Below the pieces are notes generated by a model. It was not told the origin of the DNA and did not search any database. It saw nothing but the letters and a program-made list of their open reading frames with translations. Below are positions 1-10,178 of a DNA stretch of 64,000 nucleotides, piece by piece. The number at the start of each line of letters is the position of its first letter. Within the stretch, counting starts at the first letter, position 1. A program made the position numbers and the translations under genes. Source of the DNA: Bacteroidales bacterium (GTDB lineage: Bacteria; Bacteroidota; Bacteroidia; Bacteroidales; VadinHA17); NCBI GenBank assembly GCA_046329885.1, contig JAXLTU010000009.1, positions 1,703 through 65,702 on the forward strand, in the 5' to 3' direction.

Positions 1-1
1 A

Positions 2-721
2 CTGATACTCGGGTTTATCGTTGTGATCCTGCCATTGCTGGCGTTGATATACTGGGGTATAAGGATGATCTTCTGGTTCAGGGCAAAGGACGGAATAATT
101 AGTCTTGTTGCACTTGTAATATGGGTAGCCAGCCTTACAGCACTTAGTTTAATCCTTGCTAACCAGGGTCTAAGCTTCTCTGAAAGGGGCAGGACAGTAT
201 CCGAAATGACCATTGGGAATACACCTGACACGCTTTTTGTTGTAACCGGAAAGAAAATAAGCGATCTAAAGTACGACAGGGCATTCAAGGTGCCTGATGA
301 AAACTACGCGATGTATATGAATAGTGAAACGAGGGAACTCGACATAACTGCGAATCTTAGATTAGGCACGATACCCGGGAAACAGTTTTCGGTAGAGGTA
401 AAGAAATGGGCAAGCGGGCCTGGCAAACTCGAGGCCAACCGCATGGCTGAAGCAATTCCTTACAATTTCACTTACAGCAACGACACCTTGTATCTCGACC
501 AGTACTTTAGATTACCGGCAGGCCACAGGTGGGGAGCAAATGAAGTAAGGGTAAAGCTGAATGTGCCGGAAGGAACCATCCTCTACTTCGATGAAAATGT
601 CGAGAACATGTTCGAAAATCACATAAACATAAATGATGACCGGTACACTGAAATCGAGGCTTATGAACTTGGCAGAAAATACTGGAGGATCAGTGATGAT
701 GATCTCACAAGGCTGAAATAA
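2..721 (+). CDS. membrane protein, C-terminal part, 5'-truncated by the window edge (possibly PspC-domain family)
   Basis: ORF 23..721 has no in-frame stop back to nt 2. Two hydrophobic helices (LPLLALIYWGIRMIFWF, IISLVALVIWVASLTALSLIL) precede a soluble tail. Family guess is from memory only. Confidence 0.6.
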   Translation: MILGFIVVILPLLALIYWGIRMIFWFRAKDGIISLVALVIWVASLTALSLILANQGLSFSERGRTVSEMTIGNTPDTLFVVTGKKISDLKYDRAFKVPDENYAMYMNSETRELDITANLRLGTIPGKQFSVEVKKWASGPGKLEANRMAEAIPYNFTYSNDTLYLDQYFRLPAGHRWGANEVRVKLNVPEGTILYFDENVENMFENHININDDRYTEIEAYELGRKYWRISDDDLTRLK

Positions 722-760
722 AGAACTCTTCCTGTTTTTCATTCCTGATATTTTCCAAAG

Positions 761-789
761 CCGGATCTTTAACGAGGTCCGGTTTTTTT
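761..789 (+). terminator. weak rho-independent terminator candidate
   Basis: CCGGA(12 nt)TCCGG stem followed by TTTTTTT, 40 nt after the stop at 721. Confidence 0.45.
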
Positions 790-830
790 ATTTTAAATAA
801 GAAATTACTTTTGAAGTAGTGAATACCGGA

Positions 831-1568
831 ATGAAAAGAATCGCGATACTTCCACTGATATTAATCCTCAACGCCTGTTATTTCCTTGCGGCCCAAACCA
901 ATAGCCAGGAGATTTACAATGCCTATATATCCGGCAACATGGTGAAATGGAAATCTGTTATTGATCGTCTTGCATCAAACAGTTCAGGCAAGCCTGCCGA
1001 TCTGGCCGAACTGATTAATTACCAGTACGGCTATGTCGGCTGGGCAATTGGATACAAGAAAACCGATGAGGCTAAGATCTATCTTGAAAAAGCTGAAAAA
1101 AATCTTGACCTGCTCGACAGGTTCCCGGAATATGCCTCGCTGGTGATGTCATATAAAGCTGCCTTTTACGGGTACAGGATCGGGATGAACAAGGTACTTG
1201 CTCCAGTGCTCGGCAAAAAGAGTATCGACTGTGCCAGGGCTGCCATTAAAATTGATGAGAAGAATTTCCTGGGATGGGTCCAGTATGGTAACACTGAATT
1301 TTACATGCCTTCAACATTTGGCGGTTCAAAAAAAGATGCGCTCAAGTATTATCTCAAAGCACAGGCTCTCCTCGAAGCTGATAAAAACCTGGTCAGGGAG
1401 AACTGGAACTACCTGAGTCTCCTGACCGTTATTGCGCAAACCTACTCGTACCTTGGCGATCATCAATCATCGAAAAAATATCTCGACAGGATACTTGAGC
1501 TTGAACCCGGTTTCACCTGGGCAAAAACGGAGCTTTACCAGCAGATCTACAAGAACATGAAGAACTGA
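831..1568 (+). CDS. secreted TPR-like repeat protein (hypothetical)
   Basis: ATG at 831 gives MKRIAILPLILILNACYFLAAQ, a signal peptide (the track's GTG 819 is an alternative start). Helical repeat-like C-terminus (YLGDHQSSKKYLDRILELEP). Confidence 0.65.
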   Translation: MKRIAILPLILILNACYFLAAQTNSQEIYNAYISGNMVKWKSVIDRLASNSSGKPADLAELINYQYGYVGWAIGYKKTDEAKIYLEKAEKNLDLLDRFPEYASLVMSYKAAFYGYRIGMNKVLAPVLGKKSIDCARAAIKIDEKNFLGWVQYGNTEFYMPSTFGGSKKDALKYYLKAQALLEADKNLVRENWNYLSLLTVIAQTYSYLGDHQSSKKYLDRILELEPGFTWAKTELYQQIYKNMKN

Positions 1569-1745
1569 GGGTCAGGCTTACACGTGAACAGGCGGAGGTA
1601 ACTAAACCCTGGTTAACGGGTTATCAAGGAATACTCTTTGTAAAACATTCCCTGAACAATTTTTTGCAGTTGAAGCAATACCCAGCTGAATGACACGTTT
1701 TCAGCATAACTGACCAACTAACCAACCCGAATAACTTTTCCTAAA

Positions 1746-2990
1746 ATGAAAACCGTTCTTTCCATTTTTTTGCTTTTCCTGGCTGTATCTGTACTCGGGC
1801 AGGAAGCCGCTAAAACAGACACTATCAGGAAGGATGCTCTCAATGTCTACATGTCGGCAGACAGTTATATAAAGAAGGAAGTTACCTTTATAAATTACGT
1901 GAGAGACCTCAAATCAGCCGATCTGTACATTATTATTTCTTCGCAAAGCACAGGTTCCGGGGGTGAAGCCGCGACATGCTTTCTTGTTGGTCAGAACCGG
2001 TTCGCGGGGATGAACGACACCCTGGTAATAAATTTTTCTCCCGACGAAACACAGGATGTATCCCGGACAAAGGCGGTGAAGCTTCTAAAGATGGCACTGA
2101 TGAGGTACATGCTCAAAACACCTCTTGCCAATTATTTCAATGTCAATTTCACGGCACCTGTAAAAGAAATAGTGTCGACCGACAAATGGAACAGCTGGGT
2201 TTTCAGCACCAATTTCAACGGTGATTTCCAGAAGGAGAAGAGTTACAGGTCGGTGAGCCTGAACGCGGGATTCTCGGCCAGCAGGGTTACTGAAAAAAAC
2301 AAGTTCATGTTCGATTACAGCTACGGCTGGGACGAGAATCAATACGACTACGGGGATACTCCGGTGAAAAGCTTCTACAGGAACCAGTATGCCGAGGCAG
2401 AATATGTTATTGGTTTGAACGACCACTGGTCAACGGGTCTTTTTTTGAGTGGAGTCTCGTCCGTTTATAATAATTGTGATTTTTCATATAGCATCATGCC
2501 GGCCCTTGAATACAACATTTTCCCTTATTCAATGTCGACCAGGCGACAAATGAGGCTGACATACAGGATAGGTTATGCGTACTATGATTACCGCGACACC
2601 ACTCTTTACGACAAGATAAGCGAAAACCTTTACCAGCATTCTATCTCGTGTAATTATGCAATTATAGAAAAGTGGGGTAACATAAGCCTGAGGCTTTCAT
2701 ATTCAAATTTCCTTCACGACTGGTCGAAGAACTCTGTTTCTGCCAGCTCGAACCTTTCATTGCGAATAGCAAAGGGGCTGAATTTTCATATCAGCGGGGG
2801 CGGTTCAATTATTCATAACCAGCTTTCTCTTACCAAGGGAGGCCTTACCTACGAGGAAACCCTGCTCAGGAGAAGGGAGATGGCCACGTCATTCTCGCTT
2901 TACACCTACTTTGGATTATCGTACACTTTCGGATCAATCTACAATAATGCCGTGAACCCGAGGTTCGGAGGCGGGTCATACTATTATTGA
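1746..2990 (+). CDS. hypothetical outer-membrane-type protein, tandem paralogue 1
   Basis: Signal peptide MKTVLSIFLLFLAVSVLGQ. The C-terminal half has alternating aromatic/polar beta-strand-like patterning. Colinear with the next gene. Confidence 0.7.
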   Translation: MKTVLSIFLLFLAVSVLGQEAAKTDTIRKDALNVYMSADSYIKKEVTFINYVRDLKSADLYIIISSQSTGSGGEAATCFLVGQNRFAGMNDTLVINFSPDETQDVSRTKAVKLLKMALMRYMLKTPLANYFNVNFTAPVKEIVSTDKWNSWVFSTNFNGDFQKEKSYRSVSLNAGFSASRVTEKNKFMFDYSYGWDENQYDYGDTPVKSFYRNQYAEAEYVIGLNDHWSTGLFLSGVSSVYNNCDFSYSIMPALEYNIFPYSMSTRRQMRLTYRIGYAYYDYRDTTLYDKISENLYQHSISCNYAIIEKWGNISLRLSYSNFLHDWSKNSVSASSNLSLRIAKGLNFHISGGGSIIHNQLSLTKGGLTYEETLLRRREMATSFSLYTYFGLSYTFGSIYNNAVNPRFGGGSYYY

Positions 2991-3133
2991 TAAAGACTGA
3001 AAGCAGAAAAGAGTATTCATGTCACGGATAAACCTTTCGAAAGGTTAATGTTATGTTAATCGCGTCATTTTAGTTGCAATCTATAATCGGGCGGCATATT
3101 TTCGCCGTCAGTTTACCAAATTCTGATCTAGCC

Positions 3134-4402
3134 ATGAAAAGAACCATTCTGCTGCTTAGTGCAGTACTGATTACCATGTGCCTGCACGCGCAGGCGGATA
3201 ACGAAAAATCCGACTCCCTACGGAAAGACGCCTTGAACGTGTTCATGGACGCCACCGACTACATCAAGAAGGAAATACCTTACGTTAATTATGTTCGTGA
3301 TATCCGCGATGCAGGAGTGTATATCATTTCAACGTCCCAGCGGACCGGCTCGGGTGGTACAGAATACACGTATTTCTTTGTCGGTCAGCACGATTATGCA
3401 GGAATGAAGGACACCCTCACCTATGTTACAGATCCGGATGAGACTGAAGAAGGGAAACGTGAAAAAGATGTGAGGACCCTAAAAATGGGTCTCATGAGAT
3501 ATGTTGCCAAAACACCACTGTCAAAATATTTCAGGATAACATTCACCGAGCCCCTCTCGGAAACAGTATCGACAGATAAATGGGACAGCTGGGTTTTCAG
3601 GTCCTCCGTTAATGGCTTCCTAAATGGTCAGAAATCCTATAAGTCAAGCCAGATTTTCGGGAACATATCTGCCAACAGGGTAACAAAAGACTGGAAGATA
3701 AATATTAATGCAAACTATAACTACAGCAAGGACAAGTATGACATCGACGGGGACATATACACCAGCGAAAACAACTCGAAGTCGGTAAATGCCCTTATCG
3801 TGAAAAGCATCAATGATCACTGGTCATATGGCGGGTCTGCTTCCCTTGGGGCATCTAGTTTCAATAACACCAGGATCACGGCCAGCGTGATGCCAGGTAT
3901 TGAATATGATATCTTCCCCTATTCTGAATCTACGAGAAGGCAGCTCCGGTTATTATACAAGGTTGGGTTCAACGCTGTAAGCTATGTCGATACAACAATT
4001 TACGACAAGATGAAGGAAAACCTGATGCTTCATTCTGTAATGGCAGCCTACGAGGTTGTTCAGAAATGGGGATCTATCAATGTAAGCGTGGGATACAGTA
4101 ACTACCTGCACGACTGGTCCAAGAACAACCTGTCAATCGATGGCTTTATCGATCTCAGGGTTGCTAAAGGACTGTCTGTCAACTTCGGGGGAGGTGCCTC
4201 GTTGATACACGACCAGCTGGGGTTAACTAAAAATGGTGCTACTGCCGAGGAGGTCCTTTTGAGAAGGAAAGAACTGGCAACTCAATTCCAGTATTTCACA
4301 ATGTTTGGCTTTTCATACACCTTCGGATCTATTTATAATAATGTCGTTAACCCTCGCTTCGGCAATAATGGCGGCGGTGGAATGACAATTATTATGAACT
4401 GA
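3134..4402 (+). CDS. hypothetical outer-membrane-type protein, tandem paralogue 2
   Basis: ATG 3134 gives MKRTILLLSAVLITMCLHAQ. Shares blocks with 1746..2990: RKDALNV(Y/F)M, YI(K)KE(V/I), INYVRD, STDKW(N/D)SWVF, FPYS(M/E)STRRQ(M/L)RL, YSN(F/Y)LHDWSKN, SYTFGSIYNN(A/V)VNPRFG. Confidence 0.75.
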   Translation: MKRTILLLSAVLITMCLHAQADNEKSDSLRKDALNVFMDATDYIKKEIPYVNYVRDIRDAGVYIISTSQRTGSGGTEYTYFFVGQHDYAGMKDTLTYVTDPDETEEGKREKDVRTLKMGLMRYVAKTPLSKYFRITFTEPLSETVSTDKWDSWVFRSSVNGFLNGQKSYKSSQIFGNISANRVTKDWKININANYNYSKDKYDIDGDIYTSENNSKSVNALIVKSINDHWSYGGSASLGASSFNNTRITASVMPGIEYDIFPYSESTRRQLRLLYKVGFNAVSYVDTTIYDKMKENLMLHSVMAAYEVVQKWGSINVSVGYSNYLHDWSKNNLSIDGFIDLRVAKGLSVNFGGGASLIHDQLGLTKNGATAEEVLLRRKELATQFQYFTMFGFSYTFGSIYNNVVNPRFGNNGGGGMTIIMN

Positions 4403-4437
4403 CGATCCTGTATTTAATTTTTTGTAATACTTTTCCA

Positions 4438-4480
4438 CCCCTTTCCCTGAACAAAATGACGGGAAAGGGGTTTAACTTTT
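4438..4480 (+). terminator. rho-independent terminator
   Basis: Perfect 10-bp stem CCCCTTTCCC / GGGAAAGGGG (4438..4447 and 4461..4470) followed by a T-rich tail, 36 nt after the stop at 4402. Confidence 0.7.
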
Positions 4481-4495
4481 CATAATATTTATAAC

Positions 4496-5113
4496 ATGGA
4501 TTTTAATCAGAAAGCTGCGATGTGGGACCTGGACCCGCAGAGAATAGAGAGAGCCGCAAAATTCGCTAACGAGATGAAGAATGCTCTTGGCGGGAAAAAG
4601 CTGAGGAAGGTCCTGGAGTTTGGCAGCGGGACAGGCCTTGTAAGTTTCCAGCTAAAGGATGAATTCAACTCTATCTATCTTGCCGATACTTCGGAAGGTA
4701 TGACTAATATCCTAAAAGGGAAGATCGAGGCAGATGGCATCAGGAATATGACACCCCTGCTTATTATCGATACATCTGATTTGAATGTTCTTGAAGGGAT
4801 CGAGGCAATTTACACCCTCCTGACGTTGCATCACGTGAAGGACCTTGATAATACATTCAAAGTTTTCTCATCGATTTTACCTGCAGGCGGACGTTTGTTT
4901 ATAGGCGACCTGATAACCGAGGATGGTTCATTTCACTTCAGGGACCCCGAGTTTGACGGTCACCTTGGATTTGATACCGCAAAGCTCAAGGCCAGCCTGG
5001 CCTTACGCGGATTCGAATGTGTCAATGACAAAATATTCACCATTATAGAGAGGGAACACGAGGGTAAAGTGAAGAAGTATCCACTGTTTTTTCTCGATCT
5101 TGTAAAAAAATAG
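4496..5113 (+). CDS. class I SAM-dependent methyltransferase
   Basis: Motif I VLEFGSGTGLVS; downstream motifs LADTSEGM and GGRLFIGDL. Confidence 0.8.
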   Translation: MDFNQKAAMWDLDPQRIERAAKFANEMKNALGGKKLRKVLEFGSGTGLVSFQLKDEFNSIYLADTSEGMTNILKGKIEADGIRNMTPLLIIDTSDLNVLEGIEAIYTLLTLHHVKDLDNTFKVFSSILPAGGRLFIGDLITEDGSFHFRDPEFDGHLGFDTAKLKASLALRGFECVNDKIFTIIEREHEGKVKKYPLFFLDLVKK

Positions 5114-5116
5114 GGA

Positions 5117-5551
5117 ATGAAACCAGGAAATGCCATGATTCTCGAGGATCCCAGTCGTTTCACTTTTGATGAAACTGTAGGGAAAATAACTGACTCGATA
5201 ACGAATGCCGGTTGGAAAATGCCTGCAGTGCATGATTTACAGAACACTATCAGGAATTTCGGCAAGGAGATTTTACCAGTGAAGATCCTGGAACTTTGCC
5301 ACCCGAAACATTCCTCGCGACTGCTCGAGCTAGATGATGAAAGGGTTGTATCGGTATTCATGCCATGCAGGATCTCGGTTTATGAAAAATCGGATGGGAA
5401 AGTGTATGTATCCCGGATCAATGCTTCGGTGCTATCTCAAAGTTTCGGCGGGATTGTCGGGGAAGTAATGTCAGCTGCCAATAACGAGATGGAAGAAATG
5501 ATAAGCCCGGTATTGTTGAAACGGGATAATCTGCCGAACAATCCCTCATGA
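5117..5551 (+). CDS. DUF302 domain protein
   Basis: VKILELCHPKHSSRLL ... FMPCRISVYEKSDGKVYVS matches the DUF302 pattern. Starts 4 nt after the methyltransferase stop. Confidence 0.65.
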   Translation: MKPGNAMILEDPSRFTFDETVGKITDSITNAGWKMPAVHDLQNTIRNFGKEILPVKILELCHPKHSSRLLELDDERVVSVFMPCRISVYEKSDGKVYVSRINASVLSQSFGGIVGEVMSAANNEMEEMISPVLLKRDNLPNNPS

Positions 5552-5671
5552 TTATTGTTTATCTGCAGATTAACAGTCCCTTGTAAGACACACATTATCA
5601 GTACTGGTACAAGGGTAAGGTGTTAATTCATTGTATTTACTAACTTTGCAGCACTAAAACAGGAGAGCGAG

Positions 5672-7477
5672 ATGGGAATAAACACGGTTGAACCACTTCT
5701 GGAACTTGACGGGCGTAATCTCTATTACACATTCGTGGCAGGAGCCAGGAAGGTAATAGCGCACCAGATTGAACTTAACAAGATAAACGTGTTTCCTGTC
5801 AATGACGGGGACACGGGTACCAACCTTGCATCAACCATCAGGGGTGTTGTCGAATCGCTTCACCCCGACAGATCTTACAAGATCACCGCCGACAGGATAG
5901 CCGAGGCTACACTGATGAACGCCAGGGGTAACTCGGGAATCATCTTCGCACAGTTTTTCTATGGGTTGAGCAACGAGATCGGTAACCTTAGAACGGTGAC
6001 TCTAAGGGAATTTGCAGAGAGCGTGCAGAGAGCGGTGAGGTATGTTTATGAAGCTGTATCGAACCCGGTCGAGGGTACCATGCTTACTGTCATCAAGGAA
6101 TGGGCTGAATACATTTACAAAAGCTGGCAGAGATATACTGACTTTAACGAGCTGTTGCTGAGTTCTTACGAGGTACTCAAAACATCGCTTGTCAACACCA
6201 AAACGAAGCTGAAAGTACTCGCGAAGAATAATGTTGTTGATGCCGGGGCAAAAGGATTCGTCCTTTTCGTCGAGGGCATTATAGAGTATATCCAGACTAG
6301 AAATGTAAAGGAACTCATACTTGCTAAAGCTGAAAAGACCGCCCTTCCAAAATCGGAAGAGGTAATAACCGAGGATGTTACTTTCAGGTACTGCACCGAG
6401 GCTATTATCAAGAACACGACGATCGGAAGGGATGATCTAATGGGAATCTTAACGGGTTTCGGAGACTCTGTTGTAATAGCCGGCTCGGAGAAGATCAGGA
6501 GGATTCACGTTCACACTAATACTCCTGCCGACCTTTTCTATTCACTGCGGGAACATGGCACGATTACCTTCCAGAAGGCAGACGACATGATACGCCAGAG
6601 CGAGTCTGTTTTCAAAAGAAAATATAACATAGCCCTTGTAACTGATTCAACATGCGACATAGAGGAAAGCATACTCGACAAATACCAGATTCACGTGCTT
6701 CCGATTAATATCAGCTTCGGCGAAAATCAGTATCTCGACAAGGTAACCCTCAAACCCGAGCAGTTTTACAAGATGCTCGACGAATCGCCCGATTACCCGA
6801 AATCATCACAGATAAATGAAAAAGCATTCGTGAATCTTTATTCACACCTGGCTTCGCATTACGACTCGATAATTTCGGTGAATCTTTCCGATAAGCTTAG
6901 CGGGACATTCAATACAAGCAGGAAAGCTGCAAGGATCGTTTCCGATGAATTCGGGAAAAAGATCACGGTCATCAACTCCAAAGGGATTTCAGGTTCTATC
7001 GGTTTGCTTGTACTGCGTATCGCCGAATCGATCGAGAAGGGAATTGCACACGACGATATAACATGGATGGCCGAGCGATGGATCAACGACTCGAGGATCT
7101 ACGTCACGGTGGCTGATATAAAATACCTCATAAAGGGGGGAAGGTTATCTGCCACGAAGGGACTGATTGCCCGTATCCTCCATGTCAACCCAATTGTTTC
7201 TCTTGACGATACCGGCAAGGCTATCGTATTCGACAAGGCTTTTAACAAGAAAGCCGGGATGCAGAAAGTCATCGACACAATAAAGAAGAGGGCAACCGGG
7301 AGACCATTGTGGAACTATGTTGTAATGCATGCCAACAACCTTGAAGACGCCAACTGGTACGCCGAAAAGATGGAAGCTCTTACTGGCAAAAAGCCGGCCT
7401 CTCTCGTGAATATATCCCCGATAATCGGGGCAAATGCCGGGGTAGGTGCTTCGGCTGTTGCCATAATGAACGAGTAA
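5672..7477 (+). CDS. Dak2 (DhaL-like) domain fused to a DegV fatty-acid-binding domain
   Basis: N-terminus VFPVNDGDTGTNLASTI and ARGNSGIIFAQFF are DhaL/YloV/FakA-type. C-terminus IALVTDSTCDI..VLPINISFGENQYLD..SSQINEKAF..SVNLSDKLSGTFNTSRKAA is a canonical DegV pattern. Confidence 0.8.
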   Translation: MGINTVEPLLELDGRNLYYTFVAGARKVIAHQIELNKINVFPVNDGDTGTNLASTIRGVVESLHPDRSYKITADRIAEATLMNARGNSGIIFAQFFYGLSNEIGNLRTVTLREFAESVQRAVRYVYEAVSNPVEGTMLTVIKEWAEYIYKSWQRYTDFNELLLSSYEVLKTSLVNTKTKLKVLAKNNVVDAGAKGFVLFVEGIIEYIQTRNVKELILAKAEKTALPKSEEVITEDVTFRYCTEAIIKNTTIGRDDLMGILTGFGDSVVIAGSEKIRRIHVHTNTPADLFYSLREHGTITFQKADDMIRQSESVFKRKYNIALVTDSTCDIEESILDKYQIHVLPINISFGENQYLDKVTLKPEQFYKMLDESPDYPKSSQINEKAFVNLYSHLASHYDSIISVNLSDKLSGTFNTSRKAARIVSDEFGKKITVINSKGISGSIGLLVLRIAESIEKGIAHDDITWMAERWINDSRIYVTVADIKYLIKGGRLSATKGLIARILHVNPIVSLDDTGKAIVFDKAFNKKAGMQKVIDTIKKRATGRPLWNYVVMHANNLEDANWYAEKMEALTGKKPASLVNISPIIGANAGVGASAVAIMNE

Positions 7478-7482
7478 TTCTT

Positions 7483-8262
7483 ATGACATTTATAGAAACA
7501 TGGCTTATGGCCCTCGCGGCCATAATGATTATGATGTCGGTACTATGGATAATATCCGTGTTCGCCCGTAACGTGAGCATCGTGGATATTTTCTGGGGAT
7601 TCGGCTTCGTCGTCTGTTCAGTTGTTTATTATGTCATTGCTGACGGTGACCCGGGCAGGAAGCTAATCACATTAGTGTTGTCATCAGCCTGGGGACTTCG
7701 TCTTTCAACCTATCTGGCCTGGAGAAATCATGGGAAGGGAGAGGATTTCAGGTACAGGGAGTTCAGGAAGAAGTACGGTGAAAAGAGGTACTGGTGGGTA
7801 AGTTTCTTCCAGACCTTCATGCTACAGGGAATATTAATGTGGATTATTTCACTGCCTCTTATTGGATCCCAGTTCACCGCGGGGAACAGGCCCGGATTGC
7901 TTGACTACGCGGGCATATTAGTCTGGCTCACCGGATTCATTTTTGAAGCGGGAGGCGACTGGCAACTGGCCAGGTTCAGGTCAGATCCGGCTAACAAAGG
8001 GAAGGTCCTCGACAGCGGGTTCTGGAAATACACCCGGCATCCTAATTACTTTGGCGACTCAGCTGTCTGGTGGGGTTTCGGCCTTCTCAGTATAGCGGGA
8101 GGCAACTGGTTCGGGGCATTTGGATCGGTGATAATGACAGCACTGATAATAAAGGTATCAGGTGTTGCCCTTCTTGAAAAATCGCTTGTTAATACAAAAC
8201 CACAGTACAGGGAGTACGTGAGAAAGACCAACTCCTTCTTTCCATGGTTTCCAAGGAAATAA
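7483..8262 (+). CDS. DUF1295 / steroid 5-alpha-reductase-like membrane protein
   Basis: Multi-TM protein with GFWKYTRHPNYFGDSAVWWGFGL signature. Confidence 0.7.
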   Translation: MTFIETWLMALAAIMIMMSVLWIISVFARNVSIVDIFWGFGFVVCSVVYYVIADGDPGRKLITLVLSSAWGLRLSTYLAWRNHGKGEDFRYREFRKKYGEKRYWWVSFFQTFMLQGILMWIISLPLIGSQFTAGNRPGLLDYAGILVWLTGFIFEAGGDWQLARFRSDPANKGKVLDSGFWKYTRHPNYFGDSAVWWGFGLLSIAGGNWFGAFGSVIMTALIIKVSGVALLEKSLVNTKPQYREYVRKTNSFFPWFPRK

Positions 8263-8319
8263 TCCAGGAAGGAAATACCTGAAACTCCCTTCTGGTTTAC
8301 CGTCAAAAAAAATAATACA

Positions 8320-8784
8320 ATGAAAAAGAAAATCTCCGTTGGCGATCTTATCCCTGATTTCATCCTGCCAGATCAGGATGGAAACATGTTCGATATTAAA
8401 TCTGTTAGAGGAAGGAAAAAGCTGGTAATTTTCTTTTACCCAAAGGATGACAGTCCGGGTTGCACCAGGGAGGCCTGTCATTTCAGGGACCTGCACGACG
8501 TTTTCGTAGGTGCCGACGCGGTTGTTATCGGCATAAGCGGACAGTCGCCCGAAAGCCATAGCAGGTTCGCTTCCAGGCACAAGCTGAATTACTCGCTGCT
8601 TAGCGACAATGGCAACAAGGTAAGATCTCTATTTGGTGTTCCCACTGACCTCTTCGGGATACTTCCCGGCAGGGTAACCTATATAACTGATACGACAGGG
8701 ACAGTCGTTCACATATTCAATTCGCAGGTGCAGGCTGAGAAGCATGTTGACGAAGCGTTGAAAATCCTGCAGGACATGAAATAG
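8320..8784 (+). CDS. bcp: thiol peroxidase / peroxiredoxin Bcp
   Basis: FFYPKDDSPGCTREAC peroxidatic Cys motif; 154 aa, typical Bcp size. Confidence 0.85.
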   Translation: MKKKISVGDLIPDFILPDQDGNMFDIKSVRGRKKLVIFFYPKDDSPGCTREACHFRDLHDVFVGADAVVIGISGQSPESHSRFASRHKLNYSLLSDNGNKVRSLFGVPTDLFGILPGRVTYITDTTGTVVHIFNSQVQAEKHVDEALKILQDMK

Positions 8785-8870
8785 TACACGTTTCTTTCCC
8801 GTTTCTGTTTAAAAGCTGATTATTGTTTCATTTTGTTTAGTACTTTTAAAACCTTTTAAATGGAAATCTT

Positions 8871-10178
8871 TTGGAAAAGGGAAAGCTAATCAGCCCCTCA
8901 AGGGCTATCGCCATAGTTGTGTCTAACATGGTTGGTACCGGTGTTTACACCAGTCTCGGTTTGCAGGCAGCCGGTGTTCACTCAGTGTCGGCACTTCTTC
9001 TGATCTGGATTACAGGTGGGCTGGTGGCCCTCGCCGGGGCTCTAACCTACGGGGAGCTTGCAGCCAGGATACCGAGATCCGGTGGAGAGTATGTCTTTCT
9101 TTCCAAAATCTATCATCCCGCCTTTGGCTTTCTCTCGGGTTTTATCTCTATGACAATCGGTTTCGCAGCCCCAATGGCAATTGCCGCGATAGCACTTGGA
9201 AATTACGCCGGGAACCTGGTAGCACTGTCACCTATGATTATCGGCATAGCCGCGATTGTTGCTCTCACCGTTCTAAACTCGAGCAGTTTCAGGACCGGAG
9301 CTAATTTCAATTTTGTCACCACTTCTCTTAACGTCGTACTGATAGTGATTCTCTGCATTACTGCCTTCGCTCATGGCAGTCACGATGGTTATAAATTCTC
9401 ACTTGGTAACCAGGATCTTAAACAGGTTATCAGCCCCGCTTTCGCCATCTCTCTTGTTTACGTTTCCTTCGCCTATTCGGGGTGGAACTCCGCCGCTTAC
9501 ATAACTCACCAGGTGAAAGACCCTGTCAAAAACCTGCCGCTAATTCTCATTACCGGCACTCTAATTGTTATGGTTCTTTACACCATCCTGAACCTGGCTT
9601 TTCTTTATACTACACCTCTTTCAGAACTCGAGGGAAAGGTCGACATTGCATTTATCGCGGCCAGGAATATCTTCGGTGAAACAGGAGGGCGGTTTGTTGC
9701 CATCCTGATTTCCATCGGGCTCATAGCATCAATTAACTCCCTCCTGATACTCGGTCCAAGGGTAACCCAGGCAATAGCCCAGGATTACTCTACTCTCGGT
9801 ATACTAGGGAAAGAAAACAAAAACGGTTCCCCGGTTTATGCCACTGTTCTTCTGACTGTAATTGCACTGATACTCATCTGGACCTCGTCGTTCGAGCAGA
9901 TAATGACCCTGATCGGGTTCACCCTCAGTCTGTTCACGATTACTTCCGTTGCAGGAGTATTCATCATGCGATACAGGATGAAGAAGAACGGGGAAAATTT
10001 CTATCACACCTTCGGTTACCCGTTTATACCGCTCTTCTTCATCATCGTCGAAGGTTGCATGATGGTTTATGTCTTCGCGAACAAACCAGTCCAGTCTCTT
10101 ACCGGCATCGGTATCGCGCTGATTGGACTTGTCATATATTTCATCCTGATTAAATCAAACAACAATGTCACTAATTAG
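8871..10178 (+). CDS. APC-family amino acid permease
   Basis: About 12 hydrophobic segments. N-terminal AIVVSNMVGTGVYTSLG and GELAARIPRSGGEYVF motifs. TTG start as in the track. Confidence 0.8.
   Translation: MEKGKLISPSRAIAIVVSNMVGTGVYTSLGLQAAGVHSVSALLLIWITGGLVALAGALTYGELAARIPRSGGEYVFLSKIYHPAFGFLSGFISMTIGFAAPMAIAAIALGNYAGNLVALSPMIIGIAAIVALTVLNSSSFRTGANFNFVTTSLNVVLIVILCITAFAHGSHDGYKFSLGNQDLKQVISPAFAISLVYVSFAYSGWNSAAYITHQVKDPVKNLPLILITGTLIVMVLYTILNLAFLYTTPLSELEGKVDIAFIAARNIFGETGGRFVAILISIGLIASINSLLILGPRVTQAIAQDYSTLGILGKENKNGSPVYATVLLTVIALILIWTSSFEQIMTLIGFTLSLFTITSVAGVFIMRYRMKKNGENFYHTFGYPFIPLFFIIVEGCMMVYVFANKPVQSLTGIGIALIGLVIYFILIKSNNNVTN

Noticed and set aside
5641-5648. Bacteroidota -7 promoter box matches TAACTTTG (5641..5648) and TATATTTG (13283..13290)
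   Set aside because: Both match TAnnTTTG at a sensible distance from a start codon, but I could not find the accompanying -33 TTTG element, and 8-mers of this kind are frequent in AT-rich spacers. Not reported as features.
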